DNA of 32,000 nucleotides from Chlamydiales bacterium (GTDB lineage Bacteria; Chlamydiota; Chlamydiia; Chlamydiales; SM23-39): NCBI GenBank assembly GCA_965261025.1, contig OZ253438.1, positions 1,200,001 to 1,232,000 of the forward strand, read 5' to 3'. Shown piece by piece: positions 31,054 to 32,000 of this stretch (position 1 is its first letter; each line of letters starts with the position of its first letter). The notes under the pieces were generated by a model. It saw only the letters and a program-made list of their open reading frames with translations, ran no database searches and was not told where the DNA came from. The position numbers and the translations under genes were made by a program.

Positions 31054-32000
31054 TTAATACTCTTTGTTATTAAGGCTTTCTGCTAAAAGACTTTGATAAG
31101 AATCAAAGCGAAGGGGAGATATTTTTCCCTCTTCTACCGCTTTTTTTACTCCACAGGAGGGCTCTTTGAAATGTAGGCAGTTTTGGAATCTACAATTTTT
31201 AGAGAAAGCTTTTATTTCCTTAAAATATTCTTTTATTTCCTCTTTTTCAAGTTGGTAAATGCCTAAACTTTTAATTCCAGGGGTATCTATGCAAAAGCCT
31301 CCTCCTTTCATGGGTAGAAGATGTGCCTGAGAGGTAGTATGTTTTCCTCTATAATGTTTGACAGTCATTTTCCCAACAGGAAGACAAAGACCTAAGGTGA
31401 AATTGATTAAAGAAGATTTTCCTACTCCAGATTGTCCTGAAAAGACAGAAGTTTTTTTTCTCATAAATCTCTTTAAAGAATTCAGACCTTTTTTCGTTTT
31501 ACAACTTACCGAAATAACAGGAATAGATAAAGATGTATAGATTCTTATAAACTCTTTATAAAAAGGAGCTCTTTCTTTATCTAAAAGGTCGATTTTATTA
31601 ATCAAAATTAGGGGAGACATATTTCCTTTTTGGCAGGCAATGATATATCGATCTACCAAAAAAGGTTTTAAAGGGGGGAGAGCTACGGAACATGTGATAA
31701 AAACTTGATCTACGTTTACCGCAATGAAGTGCTGTTTTTTTTGTAAAGGATCTTTTCGTGTCAAAAAAGAAAAGCGTTTTTCAATCGATATAATCTGCCC
31801 TATCTCTTTTTCTATGGGTTCAAAAACTACCCAATCTCCTACACAAATAAGGTTTTTTGTAGTTTTTTTTGTTTGTTTTAAAGAACCCTTTACCGTGCAA
31901 AAAAAAGTTTTATTTTCCTGTTGTACCCAAACATTTTCTTTAGTAATAGAGATAACTCGTCCCCTTTTGCAAAGGCCGCTTTTTTTTTGATAAGAAGGGG
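31054..32000 (-). CDS. rsgA: ribosome small-subunit-dependent GTPase A (RsgA/YjeQ), 5' end outside window
   Basis: GQSGVGKSSLIN (G1), DTPG, NKIDL. Zinc knuckle CRFQNCLHFKEPSCGV. I translated the minus strand upstream of the track start (TTG 31764). It stays open to nt 32000 and encodes an OB-fold-like N-terminus (...RGRVISITKENVWVQQENKTFFCTVKGSL...VGDWVVFEP...GQIISIEKRFSFLTRKD), so the gene is truncated by the window. The stop lies 1 nt from the eno ATG. Confidence 0.9.
   Translation of the reverse strand, partial: PSYQKKSGLCKRGRVISITKENVWVQQENKTFFCTVKGSLKQTKKTTKNLICVGDWVVFEPIEKEIGQIISIEKRFSFLTRKDPLQKKQHFIAVNVDQVFITCSVALPPLKPFLVDRYIIACQKGNMSPLILINKIDLLDKERAPFYKEFIRIYTSLSIPVISVSCKTKKGLNSLKRFMRKKTSVFSGQSGVGKSSLINFTLGLCLPVGKMTVKHYRGKHTTSQAHLLPMKGGGFCIDTPGIKSLGIYQLEKEEIKEYFKEIKAFSKNCRFQNCLHFKEPSCGVKKAVEEGKISPLRFDSYQSLLAESLNNKEY

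Noticed and set aside
31724-31990. 88-aa plus-strand ORF, and the ORF-track start (TTG 31764) for rsgA.
   Set aside because: The minus-strand rsgA frame stays open to the window edge and encodes the expected OB-fold domain. The plus-strand ORF is therefore antisense noise, and 31764 is an artefact of ORF calling within a truncated gene.
1-32000. Scan for CRISPR-like spaced repeats, IS or transposon ends, integrase or recombinase genes next to the tRNA, toxin-antitoxin pairs, restriction-modification or other defence genes.
   Set aside because: None seen. The tRNA-Arg is flanked by ordinary metabolic genes with no direct repeat of its 3' end. No small paired ORFs or nuclease, methylase or ATPase clusters are present. 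The only tandem repeat found is the 12-nt unit in rpoN.

Overview
AT-rich, very gene-dense bacterial chromosomal segment with about 27 protein-coding genes and one tRNA. One gene (rsgA) is cut off at the right edge. I saw no rRNA, CRISPR array, transposase, integrase or IS-type terminal repeat. Most genes are housekeeping: rpoN (sigma-54), uvrD/pcrA helicase, bifunctional putA, groES-groEL with a CIRCE operator and a strong terminator, an isochorismatase-like/trkA/trkH operon, tRNA-Arg(ACG), an MBL-fold hydrolase, a 2-Cys peroxiredoxin, enolase and rsgA. Envelope and glycan genes are scattered through the window: a Kdo-hydroxylase-like dioxygenase, a GT9 heptosyltransferase-like gene, a DxD glycosyltransferase and a GH18 CFLE-like hydrolase. 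Genes are packed tightly, with ATGA start/stop overlaps and three convergent 3' overlaps. Several start codons in the ORF track look wrong; I revised GT9, groES, trkA, the DxD glycosyltransferase and the 178-aa orphan, and extended rsgA to the window edge. The uvrD/rpoN neighbourhood, CIRCE-groESL, the AT-rich Phe/Lys-rich proteome and proteins with double-hydrophobic hairpins suggest a host-associated, Chlamydiota-like bacterium; this is inference, not verified. I found no recognisable multi-gene novel system such as a defence island. The best candidates for new biology are single genes: (1) a GH1 beta-glycosidase core inside a 790-aa protein with a hydrophobic N-terminal anchor and an obligatory non-ATG start; (2) a 1290-aa orphan helical protein after the groEL terminator, with an F-box-like N-terminus and a basic tail antisense to trkH; (3) a tRNA whose 3' end directly abuts the ATG of the next gene; (4) an isochorismatase-like protein with an apparently degenerate catalytic triad, coupled to trkA; (5) a 121-aa ORF resembling the N-terminal part of contractile-tail sheath proteins; (6) a signal-peptide methyltransferase coupled to the GH18 gene.
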